A stretch of DNA of 64,000 nt, taken from contig JBLDXI010000038.1 in assembly GCA_047495785.1 (NCBI GenBank), forward strand, positions 496,001-560,000. Reading direction: 5' to 3'. A program made the position numbers and the translations under genes. How positions within the stretch are numbered: position 1 is the stretch's first letter; each line of letters starts with the position of its first letter. Source of the stretch: Lepidodermella squamata (taxonomy: Eukaryota > Animalia > Gastrotricha). The notes under the pieces were generated by a model. It was not told the origin of the DNA. It worked only from the letters and a program-made list of their open reading frames with translations, and did not search any database. Positions 45,205-57,629 of this stretch are shown here, piece by piece.

Positions 45205-48200
45205 TTTTCCGAGAAAAAAATCAGGCCAGATGATATTCCGATTAAATGCAAATATTCAAAATGACAGACGAGCTCCTATACGAATGTACAACAAAAGGTG
45301 TAATGTCACCAAAACGCTTTGTCGCAACCCCGCCGAAGCGAACACACCTGGTCAAACTCATTTTCTCAGTAAAATATGCCTGGCGCATCTCGGAGTGATA
45401 AATGTGTTACATATGATAAGTTACCGCCACGGTCACCCTTTACACAACGCACAAACAAGCGCCACATGTACGGCAAACAAAATGCCTGCAAAGAAAGGTC
45501 GAACGACCGTTGCACAGAAGTGTACCAATAGCGACGCGCTGCTCTATTCATCGCTCAGTCGCTGTCCCTTCCCTTTATTGGCGCAAGATGCAAGATAATA
45601 AAAGAAACTGCATTCATCTTCAGCAAACCGAGCGCGTAAAGCGCGACGGCAGTTGACTACGAAAACCAACAATAACATAATAATTATGTTCTACTGCAAC
45701 CCATCGCATTAAACAGAAAACAGCAAAGAAGAAAAATAATGCGCGGCGTTATATACGTGCCTACGCTACAAGGTTAAAAACAAAAAGCATATGGGAAGAC
45801 ACGTTACATGATCTTAATGCTGAAATCTGCCAAGTTTTTGGCAAACAAACAACTCTGCGCCAAAAGACTTAAAGATGCCGCATCAAGATACGCGAATACT
45901 AAGAATAACAGACATTATATCAATTAAATCTTGGTGCTTATGTGCGACCTTGCGACACATTTACATCCCGCATTTTTTGTCAACGCCACGGAAGCAAAAC
46001 GACAAAAACAAAACCTCACCATTGAATCTTTGTTCCACCATATCTGAGCAAAGCTGTCAGGATGTAGTAGTAAAAACATATAGGAACAGTAGGCATTCAG
46101 GTTTCGATGTTTCGTCGTAACCTATGCATCGAATAAATATCTTTGAATCGACCCTAAGGCTAACTTGAACATAAACCAACATTTTGTAGACGCTAGATCA
46201 TGGTGACAGTAGTCAATAATATGCTCTAATAATACGGTAATATTTTGGTATGAACTAACGACTATGCGCCGCGTATCTCAGGTAATAAACGATCTGAATA
46301 TCTAAACTCTAGCGCAGCAATCGTCATAATATGTTATCAACATATTAACCATTTATTAAACGGCTCGTGGTATGTACGCAAAAATTTGTGGTCGAGAATA
46401 AAGCTTTCGGTCATTTCTCGTGTGGCTCATCACTTTATTATTTTTATGATAACCAGCTGGAAGCTTAAGAGTAGATATGACTAAATGAGACAGATGATTG
46501 ACGGCCCAATTTAGCTCACTTTTTTCCGAGGCACGATCGTTGCTTACCTGAAGGGTCCCGATCGGATTTTTGACAGAGAAATCAATTCGGGTCTTGGCTG
46601 CAATGATCTCTCGACAAAAATATACCCTGATGCGTATTGTGGACGTTGCAGTAGGTGTTAAGCAGTGTTTTTAAGCAGTTTAACAGTTTAAATTTTAAAC
46701 ACCAAACGAGAAATTTTTAAACACCAAAAAGGGCGAAATTTGGCTGAAATCGCAAGAAAAACAGTCTTCATCCCCAAAATTACACTCCAAAACCGCAATT
46801 TTAAACACCAATTCGATCCTTAAAAAACACGTTGTGTTAAGAGACCGAATTAAGTTCAAGTTGTTAATGTGTTAAGAGAGCAAATACGGGGCCGGCGCTA
46901 TCTGTCATAATTTTTCGACCAACAGTCCTAATTTTCACATTGGGGTCTTGAGTAATTTTCTGACCTGTCGTTATACGCGTAAGACCGATGGACTCGATTT
47001 TAAGCAATTTAAATGAAATAAATGTTATATGTTCCCTTTTTGAAAGGTGACTTTCCTCCCATCGGCCTCACCTGGACAGCAATCCATTTAAATTTCTGTC
47101 TCCCATAATGAGATGACCTTCGAATCTCGAAAAGATGCTACGTAATGCGCTCGGCTAGGCGTTGATCATCAACTATCTTCCGTATTGAATGTGTTTGAGT
47201 GCGCGACTCTACTAGTCGCACCAGTGACATCACATGACAGAGTCGCAGTAGAAACCAACGAGAGAAAAACAAGGTGCAGCAAGCAGTTGTTCAATAGCAA
47301 AGTCATTGCACCAGTAGCACTATCAGAAACTGAGGGCCCGTTTAGAAGGATGAGATACAAACGCCAATAATATGGAAGCCAAGGAGTCTGTTTTAAAGAT
47401 ACCACTGCAGGTCACATTTTGAACTAGGAGACAGAGCGAGCTGAATTGTTTGTTAGCCAGGTTTTCTAAAGAAAAATCAAGATTGCGATGCATTTAATAA
47501 ACGGTCGCAGTAATAACAGTGCCTAATTTCGCCACGATTTACATAAAATCGGCAGCTTCCTCTCTAAATCGAGCGTTATCGCTCAGACTACTGACTTCAT
47601 GTCCCAAATGATGCCACGTAATCTTTCCAATTGTGGTGGAAATTTTCTCGGCCACGGAAGACCGTTCGTCTCCGGCCCACAGACTAAAGAAAACACGGAG
47701 GACCAAAAGGAACACTAACGCCCACTACAGATACGTACCCTGTAATTATGTTCGAGTTGATTCGTTCGGTATCAACAAGGCAGGTGAGAAGGGCACGCAT
47801 CGAATCCAACATATTTCGTGTGAAATTCATTCAATGTCTCAGCGACACTGCCTATTCTCTATTCCTGCCTGCCTGTCGTATTCACCAAGGAAATCAGGCT
47901 CTTCGTAACTCGTAACTTTGATAATGACGGCGGCTTTCCACTCAGTTCAGGGTTTCGCAGAGTCGGCACAGACAAGGTCACGCCAGCCGGCCCTGTTACT
48001 ACCCTGTTACTACCTCTCAGGTGGAAAATGACAATACAGGCGTGGGATCCAGGGCTGTCGCTTAATATAATCGTGGTCGTTATGGATGGCAATATGTTCG
48101 TCCCCCCTGGAAACTTCTTTCACAACTCGTCTGCTCTGCCAGCATCACCAAGATAAAATGTCAAAAAAGCCTAACTAAAATAGCTACTGTTTAGCGGGCA

Positions 48201-48396
48201 AAAGTCATATTTTTCTCACAGGTAATATCATTACAATTTGCGTATGATTATAATTATATTTCAATAAGAGATTAAAAAGAGATCGAAGTAAGTTTTTTGC
48301 TTTTCAGAGAGAACCTGAAGGGTGCCTGAGTCTGAGACAGCGTGTTGTGGGAGTTGACCGTGGCAGAATGCGTTGCCTCCCTTGCTTCTGGTTTCT

Positions 48397-48428
48397 CCTC
48401 GAGCCTCGAGCCTCAAGCCTCAAGCCTT
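48397..48428. repeat. 7-bp tandem repeat (CCTCRAG) x4.5
   Basis: cctcgag cctcgag cctcaag cctcaag cctt. Confidence 0.8.
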
Positions 48429-48912
48429 ACGCGTTACGCTAACCACCGAACCTTAACCGTTAACCTTTCCCTCTTCCTTCCTACCTACTAATTCCTCATC
48501 CTTATCGAGCCTTTTTGGTTTTTATAGTGTAATGGCAAATGACATCGTCTGATGCAATTTTCGGCGCTGAGTATTTATAAATTTCTCATCTCTCTCGCTT
48601 GACGTGAGATATGAGATATGACATATGATGTTGCCCAATTGAACTTGATTGTCTTTATTGGTTATTCGCTGTAGCCGACTGTGTTGTCCGCAGGCAATTG
48701 TCTTCAAGCCATGTCCTCTGCACTCTGCTAACAACCCAGGAAATGTTGCTTGATGCTGGCTAACTTTTTGCCTTTCGATTAAATTGATGAATAACTTTGA
48801 AAGTCTCAATGATGGCCTGCTTTTTGCCATCAAATTTTCTTCTTCAATTCTGCCATTCATTGTATTCCATAATTATTTATATATATAGTGAGTATTACTC
48901 GTCAGCTTGAAA

Positions 48913-49576
48913 ATGGCCCAGCGTCGTTTGACTTACCGCCGCCGCCTTTCATACAGCACCGTCTCGAATCGCAAGCGAATGTAAGTTTGTTCTCATTTGA
49001 TTTTATGGATCATCATCCATGTCTTTGTCGTTCTGGCTTTTATGAGGGCATATTAACTTAACATATATCGTCGCTCATAGCCAATTTCTGGCGCGCATAA
49101 GTTGAAAAGTCAGCGTGGTTTGTAAATGTTGAACTCAAGTCAACATTATTCGGGGCGTATTTTCATGTTATCGTAAATTTAGCTCAGCCTTGTTGAAAAA
49201 ACTAATAGCTGATGCTATTTAATGATCATTATATGTTTACAGTTCGAAGACGCCTGGAGGCCGACTAGTTTATCTGTACGTGAAAAAGGCCCCGAGCCTC
49301 CCACGTTGCGGTGACTGCAAGGAGAAGCTCCATGGCATTACCCCGGCTCGCCCGATGGAACTCGCCAGCATGTCTCGCCGTATGAAGTCAGTTACTCGGG
49401 CGTACGGTGGCTCCAGGTGCCACTCGTGTGTTAGGAATCGGTTAGTTTCCTTACTTGATGTTCATGATATCACCACAACAATCATATCTTATCATAGCAT
49501 TGTTCGCGCTTTTCTTCTGGAGGAGCAAAAGATCGTCGCTAAGGTCGTCAAGGCCAAGAAGGCCGGCAAGCTGTGA
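48913..49576 (+). CDS. RPL34: 60S ribosomal protein L34, 3 exons
   Basis: MAQRRLTYRRRLSYST, KTPGGRLVYLY, VTRAYGGSRC, IVRAFLLEEQKIV. Introns at 48981-49242 and about 49441-49497. Confidence 0.98.
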
Positions 49577-49728
49577 GAAATTATATTGGTGATAAGTAGG
49601 GGCCGGATGAAATGACTGCAAATAAATGCTGAGAAACTAATTGTCATGGCATCTAACGTATACTTTTATCCAAATTAGATTCGTTAATTATTTTGAATAA
49701 GTTATCACATAATCTACTAAATCATCGA

Positions 49729-52700
49729 ATGGGAAAAGACAGGTTCGTTAAAATTGTCTGAATGAGACACGCCACTCAACATTCACTCAACTCTTTTTTT
49801 CAGAAAACGATCGAGGAGTCGGTCGCCTAAGCGCGTCCGTAAGCGTTCCCGATCCAGGGAAGACAGGAGGGATAGAAAGCGTTCTCGCTCTAGGGATCGC
49901 AGTCATCGCGATCGAACTGGCAACGATAAAAGTCGTGACAAGGAACGTCGTGATAGAAAAGATGACAGGGTGCGCGAAAAGTCACCTAACCAATCATCTC
50001 CTTCTGATTCAGAAGCCGATAAAACTAATCAGTCATCTTCGTCGCGTAAAGTAAGTGCTACGCTTCCCACTGGTTCCAATGACCCAGTGGTCGCTTCATC
50101 AATGTCGTATTCAGAAAAAATCTTGAAAATGGAGCCAAAAAACGAGCTGATTGACGCGCAAATGTTGGAAGATGAAATGGAAAAACGCAAAAGGAGGATC
50201 GAATTTTGGAGGCAGCAGAGAAAACAAGCCATGGGATTAAACGAGGCCAGCAATGAAGGAGTTTCTCATGCGCCTAAAGGTTGGTATTATCAAACTTTCT
50301 ATTTATTTCTCTTCTATGGCTTTCTGTTTAGGTAAAGAGTGGTCTTTGGAAGATGATGCTGAAGAAGAAGAAGATGGCGGCGGAGGTGGAGCTGGGACCA
50401 CTGCTGCCTTAGAACCAGTTATTGAGGAATCAGCACCTGAACTGCTTCCTGTAAAACAAGAGGAATCCGAACCAAGCAATGAAGTTGCTTCAAACGGCAA
50501 CGCGCCTGAAAAAGAATTGCCGACTAAAAATGGCGAGGAGCCTATGAAAACTGAACCGCCACCGGAAGAGGACGAAGTTGACCCCTTGGATGCTTACATG
50601 TCGCAAGTATATGAGGATGTTAAACGGCTGAAAAATATTGTTGAAGAGCCTCCGAAGAAAAAAGCGGAGCCTCATCCAGATGCTATGGATATTGAAGAGA
50701 AACCATCGACTAGCAAGGTTGCTGTGATATCGGTTGTGAAACCTAAACCTGGTGCTAGTGTATCTCGCCGCGGGGAGTTACTGGAGCAGAATGCTGACGC
50801 CATCGAATATTCTGGCGAGAGCGAGCCTGATGACGCAATTGAGGCATCTCTGGCTAAACTGAACCAGCGTAAACTTGACTTGATCGCCGTTGACCATTCT
50901 AAGATCGACTACCCTGAGTTCAGGAAATGCTTTTACAGAGAGGTTCCGGAAATCGAAAAAATGACGGTGCAGGAGGTTGAGAAATTGCGGACACAGATGG
51001 ATGGAATTCGAGTGAAAGGAAAGAAAGCACCAAAACCTATTCTTTCTTGGGCTCAGTGCGGTGTTTCTCTTAAAGTGATGGACGCGCTGAAGAAAAACGG
51101 ATTTGAGAAGCCGACGCCGATTCAATGCCAAGCCATTCCGGTTATCATGTCAGGTCGCGACATGATCGGTATTGCGAAAACCGGCTCAGGAAAAACCCTT
51201 GCCTTCGTCATTCCCATGCTGCGTCACATCGAGGACCAAGCGGAGCTAGAAGATGGCGACGGGCCTATCGCTATCGTGATGGCTCCTACCCGAGAGTTAG
51301 CTTTACAAATCACAAAGGAGTGTCGTAAATTTACCAAGTCCCTCGGTCTTCATGCGGTATGTGTGTACGGTGGCACTGGAATTTCAGAGCAAATCGCTGA
51401 GTTGAAGCGTGGCGCTGAAATTGTGGTTTGCACTCCTGGTCGAATGATTGATATGTTAGCGGTTAATAGCGGTAAAGTCACAAATCTGCGTCGCTGCACT
51501 TACGTTGTGGTGGACGAAGCCGATCGTATGTTTGACCTTGGATTCGAACCCCAAGTCATGCGCATCGTTGAAAGTGTCCGGCCTGACCGGCAAACGGTTA
51601 TGTTTTCTGCAACTTTTCCGCGCCAAATGGAAGCGTTAGCGCGACGATTGCTTAACCAACCGATAGAAATCCAAGTAGGCGGTCGCTCAGTCGTCTGCTC
51701 AGACGTCGAGCAACATGTCGTAATTTTGGAGGAGCATCAAAAGTTCTTGAAACTTCTCGAACTCTTGGGACTATATCAAGAACAAGGTGCTGTTATTGTT
51801 TTCGTCGAACGGCAAGAAGGTGCCGATGAACTTATGCGTTCGTTACTTCGCCACTCCTATCCATGTCTTTCGCTACACGGCGGTATCGATCAATACGATC
51901 GCGATTCGATTTTAACCGACTTTCGAGATGGAAACATCCGTTTACTTGTCGCCACCTCAGTTGCGGCTCGTGGCCTTGACATTCGGGACATGATTTTAGT
52001 TGTCAATTACGATTGCCCCAATCACTACGAAGATTATGTTCATCGCTGCGGTAGGACAGGCCGTGCTGGAAACAAAGGATACGCTTGGACCTTCATGGCT
52101 CCAGGCGACGCGAAGCATTCTGGTGAAATAATTAGGGCGCTCGAAGCCAGCGCAGCGGAAATACCTGAGACTTTGACGAAAATGTGGACTGACTACAAGG
52201 CGCAAATGGAAGCTGAGGGCAAAACGGTCAAGTCTTCGTCAGGTTTTGGTGGCCATGGGTTCTCGTTCGATAAGAGCGAGGATAATTTACGGGACGAGCA
52301 GCGTAAAGCTCAGAAGGTAGCCCTTGGCCTTGCGGACAGTGATGACGAGGCGGAAATGGCGAATGCCATCGAAGAAAAAATCGAGAACATGTTCGCAAAT
52401 TCGACGATGCGCATTTCTGACAGAGTCGTAGCAAAGCAGATGCCGATGGCGGTTCCCACCGCTCCCGTCGCCGCAAAAGCCGCCAGCTTGTCGGTACAGC
52501 AGCGTCTTGAAGTTGCTCGTTTGGCTGCCGCGAAAGTGCAGGCTCAGAAAGCTATTGGAATCGAAGCCCAAAAGATCAATCAACATGCAGCAGCCGCAGT
52601 CTTCAGTGGCGATCGGTTGAAAGCAGTGTCTGCTGTTACAATGGCTCAACAAATGGCGGAACAAATCAACGCGAAATTAGGCTATCAGAAGGAGGATAAA

Positions 52701-53048
52701 CCCGACGAGGCAGCTGCTGCTGAACAGTGCCGATACTACGAGGAAGAAATTGAAATTAACGACTTGCCACAACAAGTTAGATTCCGCCTGACCTCTCGCG
52801 ACATCCTTGGTCAGGTTTCCGAATATGCCGGCGACTGCGGCTTGTCTGTAAAGGGTACTTATTACCAACCAGGCAAAGAACCTAAGGAAAATGAACCTCG
52901 CAAGTTGTACATGCACATTGAAGCCACGTCAGAAATGGCGATTAATAAGGCTCGCAACGAGATCAAGCGGGTTATCAAGGAGGAATTGGTCCGCATGCAG
53001 CAGCAGCAGTTGAACCAATTGTCTCGTGGACGATTCCGCGTTTTCTAA
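49729..53048 (+). CDS. DDX46: DEAD-box RNA helicase DDX46/Prp5, 3 exons
   Basis: RS-rich N-terminus, DPLDAYM, AKTGSGKT, PTRELA, DEADRMFDLGFEPQV, SAT, HRCGRTGRAG, and a C-terminal EIEINDLPQ KH-like region. Confidence 0.97.
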
Positions 53049-53191
53049 AAACTCGTTCACTTTCTTTCATTGAATTTTCGGGATTATCACCCGCTGAAAA
53101 TAAATGTGACGTTGTCGTTTTATTAACAAGCCTTTGATCTGTGTTCATTGCAATAAATTGCAGTGTTTGAATTGTGTCTTTTTTCATTTAG

Positions 53192-55292
53192 ATGTTCTTG
53201 ATAAAATGGTTTGTTGAGGCTTAACCAAAGTTGGCTCAACGTGCCAAGCCTAGCTGCTGCTTTTAATATGCTGCCGCCCCTCTCGTTCAGCCTGCCGACT
53301 CGTGAAATAAAATGGGGCGCAGTTGCAACGCTTGTCAACTCGATTGTTGGCGTTTCAGTTCTAGCGATGCCGCATTGTTTCGTAAGCATTGAATTTTCTC
53401 TTCCACGAGTCGTTTATTTTTTTACTTACAGATGAGGTGTGGCCTGCTACTAGGAACGGCTTTACTGTTCATCGCGGCAATCTTGACCATAGTCTCATGC
53501 AACCAGTTGTTTTCCGCGGCGGCGGCATGTACGACTGTTGGAATCTTAAGAGGATCTCTTGCTCCCCCATCATATCAAATTGTCGCACTCCGAACACTGG
53601 TACAATCAACTTGATTGTGTGAATCCAATGTTATTGTTGTTTTTTGTACAGGGTCCATGGGCTAAGTTGCTTTCGGAATTGGCGATATCATCCTTGCTGT
53701 TCGGTATTGCAATAAGTTATTTCGTGATAATAGGCGATATCGCGCCAGATTTGACTCGGCACTTTTTCTTACCACACTCAACGCCTGACGATAGCGGTGC
53801 GTCGTTTCTGCCGGCGTGGTTAACAAGATTATTGATTCTCGTGCCACTGACATACGGCGTGGCACTACCCTTATCACTTCAGCCGGACTTTTCGGGCAGA
53901 ACTCTGTTTTTTGTAAACGCAACTGCGCTCACTGCCTATTTGCTACTAGCAGCTCGAATCGTCCTTGGTGCGCTGTTACTCGCCCCTCACACTCCGCTGT
54001 TTTCGCCCGGAATTCTTCTATCTGTCAACGTCGTCCATCCTCTCGGCCTACTGCCATCCCTGTCTATATTCATTCTTTCCCTGTCGTGTCAGTTTCAACT
54101 TCTGTCCTTATGCACTGGCGAGGAGCCGATGTCCGTCGTCGATGCGCGAGTTTCTGCCAAAGTTGCTGTGATTTTAGGTAATTATTTCCTACATATCGAT
54201 TTTCGCCATGACGGCGCAGGAAGAATTAAAGTCTCTATTACTCGTGAGTGGCATGATACATAGCAAATATTTGGGCATAGTTCTTTCTGATATGGGTGAC
54301 CCGGTGTGGATGGCGGTTGAGATAAGGCGACTTCTAGATATTCCATGATATGAACTGTCGCAAATGGGATTTTTTGCCAAGTACTTACCATCTCGATATG
54401 GACCTCGAAAAAGTAGTTTCATGTCAATTTTACGTTATTTTTTCTAGCCACTCTCCTGTATTGGTCGATCGGGGTTTTTGGATATGTCGCGCTCCTTCTG
54501 GTGGCAGCAACTTCTCCTTCGTCGAACGCTATTCCCGGCGATATTTTTCTAACTCTCAACCAACTGGGAATGGCTGATGATCTTCTCAAATTCGGCTTCA
54601 TTCTGGCGCTTATAGCCGGCTTCCCTCTCATGATAATCCCAATTCGCAATTGTATATTCACTATGTCGTCCTGCTTCAGCCGGACGCGTATATCTTCTAT
54701 CTCGTCCAGTTCGAAACAGAGTTTGATGAGCTCGAGTCAAGACAATCTACCCCAGCTCGTGCCATCACCAGGTTTTGTCCGCTATTCGACCATCTTATTG
54801 CTCACGTTTTGTCTGATCCTCGCTGTTTGTTTCCCCGATATGGAATTCGTCCTCGAGTTAACTGGAGCTACGGCAGGCATTTGTGTATGCTACATCCTAC
54901 CCTCCCTCATGTACGCTTGGGCCATCAAACGGCAGGTCCGAAATTACGGTGTTGGTACCGATTCTCCCCCTCACCGCTTTCAACAGATGCGGTTATACGT
55001 GGCTTATGCATTGGTAATATTTTTCATATTTTCGTGCAATTTTCGCAAATGAACAATTTTTCAGGCTGCATTCGGGTTGTGCTTTGTTTGCGTAGCAGTA
55101 TTTATACCTTCAATGGCGTTACGTTCGGACGATGCTCACATCATTTTGGACGGTGCCCCGGGATCTGCAAAAGGTGATGCGAGAGCATCCCTGGTGACAG
55201 CCGCTGCTTCAGCTTTGGCTAACCATGGCTCCAAATTATTAGCGGCTGACAACGAAGCTCCCACCCAGCTTCAGAAGGCGCTCGTCAAGTAG
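53192..55292 (+). CDS. SLC38A10: Amino acid transporter SLC38A10-like, multi-exon
   Basis: LVNSIVGVSVLAMPHCF, CGLLLG, ISYFVIIGDI, SCQFQL, GFPLMIIPIR, LELTGATAG...YILPS. The start is uncertain: either ATG 53192 with an intron at 53209-53290, or ATG 53268. Confidence 0.85.
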
Positions 55293-55785
55293 TATGAGCG
55301 TATGTATAAATTAGCCTGCTTTTGTTGAGCTGTGCCGCTACGCGGTGTCGGACATGGCGGTTCTTTTATTATATAATATAAACATTGAAATTTTGTTGTC
55401 TGTAATTTGTCTCGTCGGATATGATAACTTGTGGCTAAAAAACATTATTATACCACTTCATTGTCTTTCAGAGCTTTCCAAAAATTGATGATTGGCGTTC
55501 ACTCTTTACGGTAAAACGTAAACCCAAACTTAATAAATCTTTTTGCTGAGTGGAGGGATGTTAGCAGACGGTATGACTGATAGTTTCTGTGATGACTTGT
55601 GTGTATTTGCGACTTTGATGATCGGAAAGTTTCTAGCGATAATGATAATTGAACTTCTAACGCACTTATTTGAATGAAAGCTTACTTTCCAATTTGAAAG
55701 CGATACAATGGTGAACCGATAATAAAAGATTGGTAGCTTGAAACGGCTTGCTTTCTTTTTCTAGACTGATTGAATTGACTTGACG

Positions 55786-57295
55786 ATGTGGCAAGTAGCC
55801 TGTCGCAATATTTCATGCTGCCGTTTTAGTCATGTAGCAGCACGCAACTTGGCTACTCAAGCAGCCCCAAGTCAGCCAAAGCCAGCTGATTCCAAAGAAC
55901 AGCAGAAAATGACGGTTACAGTCACCTCGGCAGCTGTGCCGCCTCTCGTTCGGTCTCTGTTGCTCCGGGCAGTAGGCGTGCTGTCAAAAAACAACCCACC
56001 GACAGTTGCGGATCCAGTATCATCGCTATTCTTGCGCTCTGGTCCCCAGAACTCACCCATCTCACATGACCTTGATTTTCTGGTAGACGTCAGAAAGCAA
56101 CCCCAAGACAACTGCCCGCTCGAATCGGTTGAAGCGAGTTCTCTACCCACTTTGAATGACAAACAAACATTGTCCCAACGGGTAGCCATCTATTTGGCTC
56201 TTGGTAAAGCTCGGCTCAGTGCCCTCGTTGTTTTAACCGCTTCTTTTGGCTACGGTCTCGCGTTGCTGGGTTCGCCTCTTCTTGTCAACGCCTCGCTGAT
56301 GTCTCACATGACAACATTTACTGCTGCTACGATCGGAACAGCGTTTCTCGCTGTTGGTGCAAATACGTTCAATCAGTTTATTGAAGCTCCATACGACTCG
56401 CAGATGCCTCGTACTCGAAGTCGTCCCTTGGTAGTAAGAGCTATATCACCTGAGCACGTCCTAGTTATGGGTATTACCTCCTCGGTGATTGGGGCGGCGG
56501 TTTTGGCTGCGACTACCAATCCGGTAACGGCGAGCCTCGGCGTTGCGAATTGTCTACTTTACGCCGGGGTTTACACGCCAATGAAGCGAACCAGTGCCTA
56601 CAACACTTGGATCGGTGCTATTGTTGGAGCTCTTCCGCCGTTAATGGGATGGTCTGCGGCAACTGGCGGTCATCTCGACCATGGGGCTTACGTCTTGGCG
56701 GCAATATTATTTTCATGGCAGTTCCCCCATTTCATGGCGCTGAGCTGGAACATGAAGGGCGAGGTGAGTAGACTGCTCTCTTCTGAAAGGTTCTCGGGCG
56801 AACGTTCCTAATTAATTTAATTATTTTCGCACTGAGAGCTCATGCATTTTCAGTAATTCCAGTAAAAAAACACAATAATTTCAATTTTGGCGCTTGAGCA
56901 TTTTCAACATATTTATGAAAAAATTGTTAAATTTGATAAAGTTTGACAAAAAGTTGATTATTTCCAGTGCCTTTTATTTACTTGTATTTTCTCAGTATGC
57001 GCGAGCTGGCTATCAGGTGCAAGCAGTGGTCGATCCTCAAGCGTGCCGTCGCGCGGCTCTCCGTCATTCATATGCTCTAACTGCATTTTGTTCCGTCGCT
57101 GCCCCGATCGCCCACCTGGCTCCGTGGTCTTTTGCTGCAGTTTCGCTCCCTGTGAACCTTTACCTTTTGAGATTGTCACATCGATTCCGGCATAATCCCG
57201 ATGCAAACTCCGCTCGTAGCCTATTCCGCTACTCTTTAATTTACGTTCCAACCTTACTAACTATGTTATGTGTGACGAGTTATATCGGCAAATAG
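55786..57295 (+). CDS. COX10: Protoheme IX farnesyltransferase, mitochondrial, 2 exons
   Basis: LGKARLSALVV, ANTFNQFIE..YDSQMPRTRSRPL, YTPMKR, GAIVGALPPLMGW, WQFPHFMAL, EYARAGY. Basic/Ser-rich presequence. Confidence 0.96.
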
Positions 57296-57629
57296 CTTAG
57301 AGAACCTAGTCTTCAAATGATGAATTTCTAAGACAACCATGCTCATTTTGCATTGATGAATTATTCTGCCAGCTATTGCTAAAAATTTGGTGTATTATAG
57401 CGCCGGCGTTCCCTTTTTAATTTGTTTTGGTTTTTGGTGCTGTGAAATGTTGACTGCCTGTTGCGTCGTCTCACGTCTTTCACAGGGTGCATTTGGTCGG
57501 AGCACCCCAGTTCGGAGCAATAAGAACGCGCCTGCAAATCCACCGTTTTCTGATTCGTCTTCCGATGAGCTTGATTTGCAGTCTCCAGTCAAACACCACG
57601 CGAATTGTCTGAGTCATCGCAATAAGCGT

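Noticed and set aside
46500-48200. Coding-like fragments and short repeats (TTTTAAACACCA x3, small duplications)
   Set aside because: Stops occur in all frames and no domain is recognisable. This is probably decayed repeat DNA but cannot be supported as a named feature. The same holds for 32050-32500.
48438-48466. TAACC-like repeats as a telomerase template or interstitial telomere
   Set aside because: The repeats are irregular and do not form a 1.5x template or a clean telomeric array.
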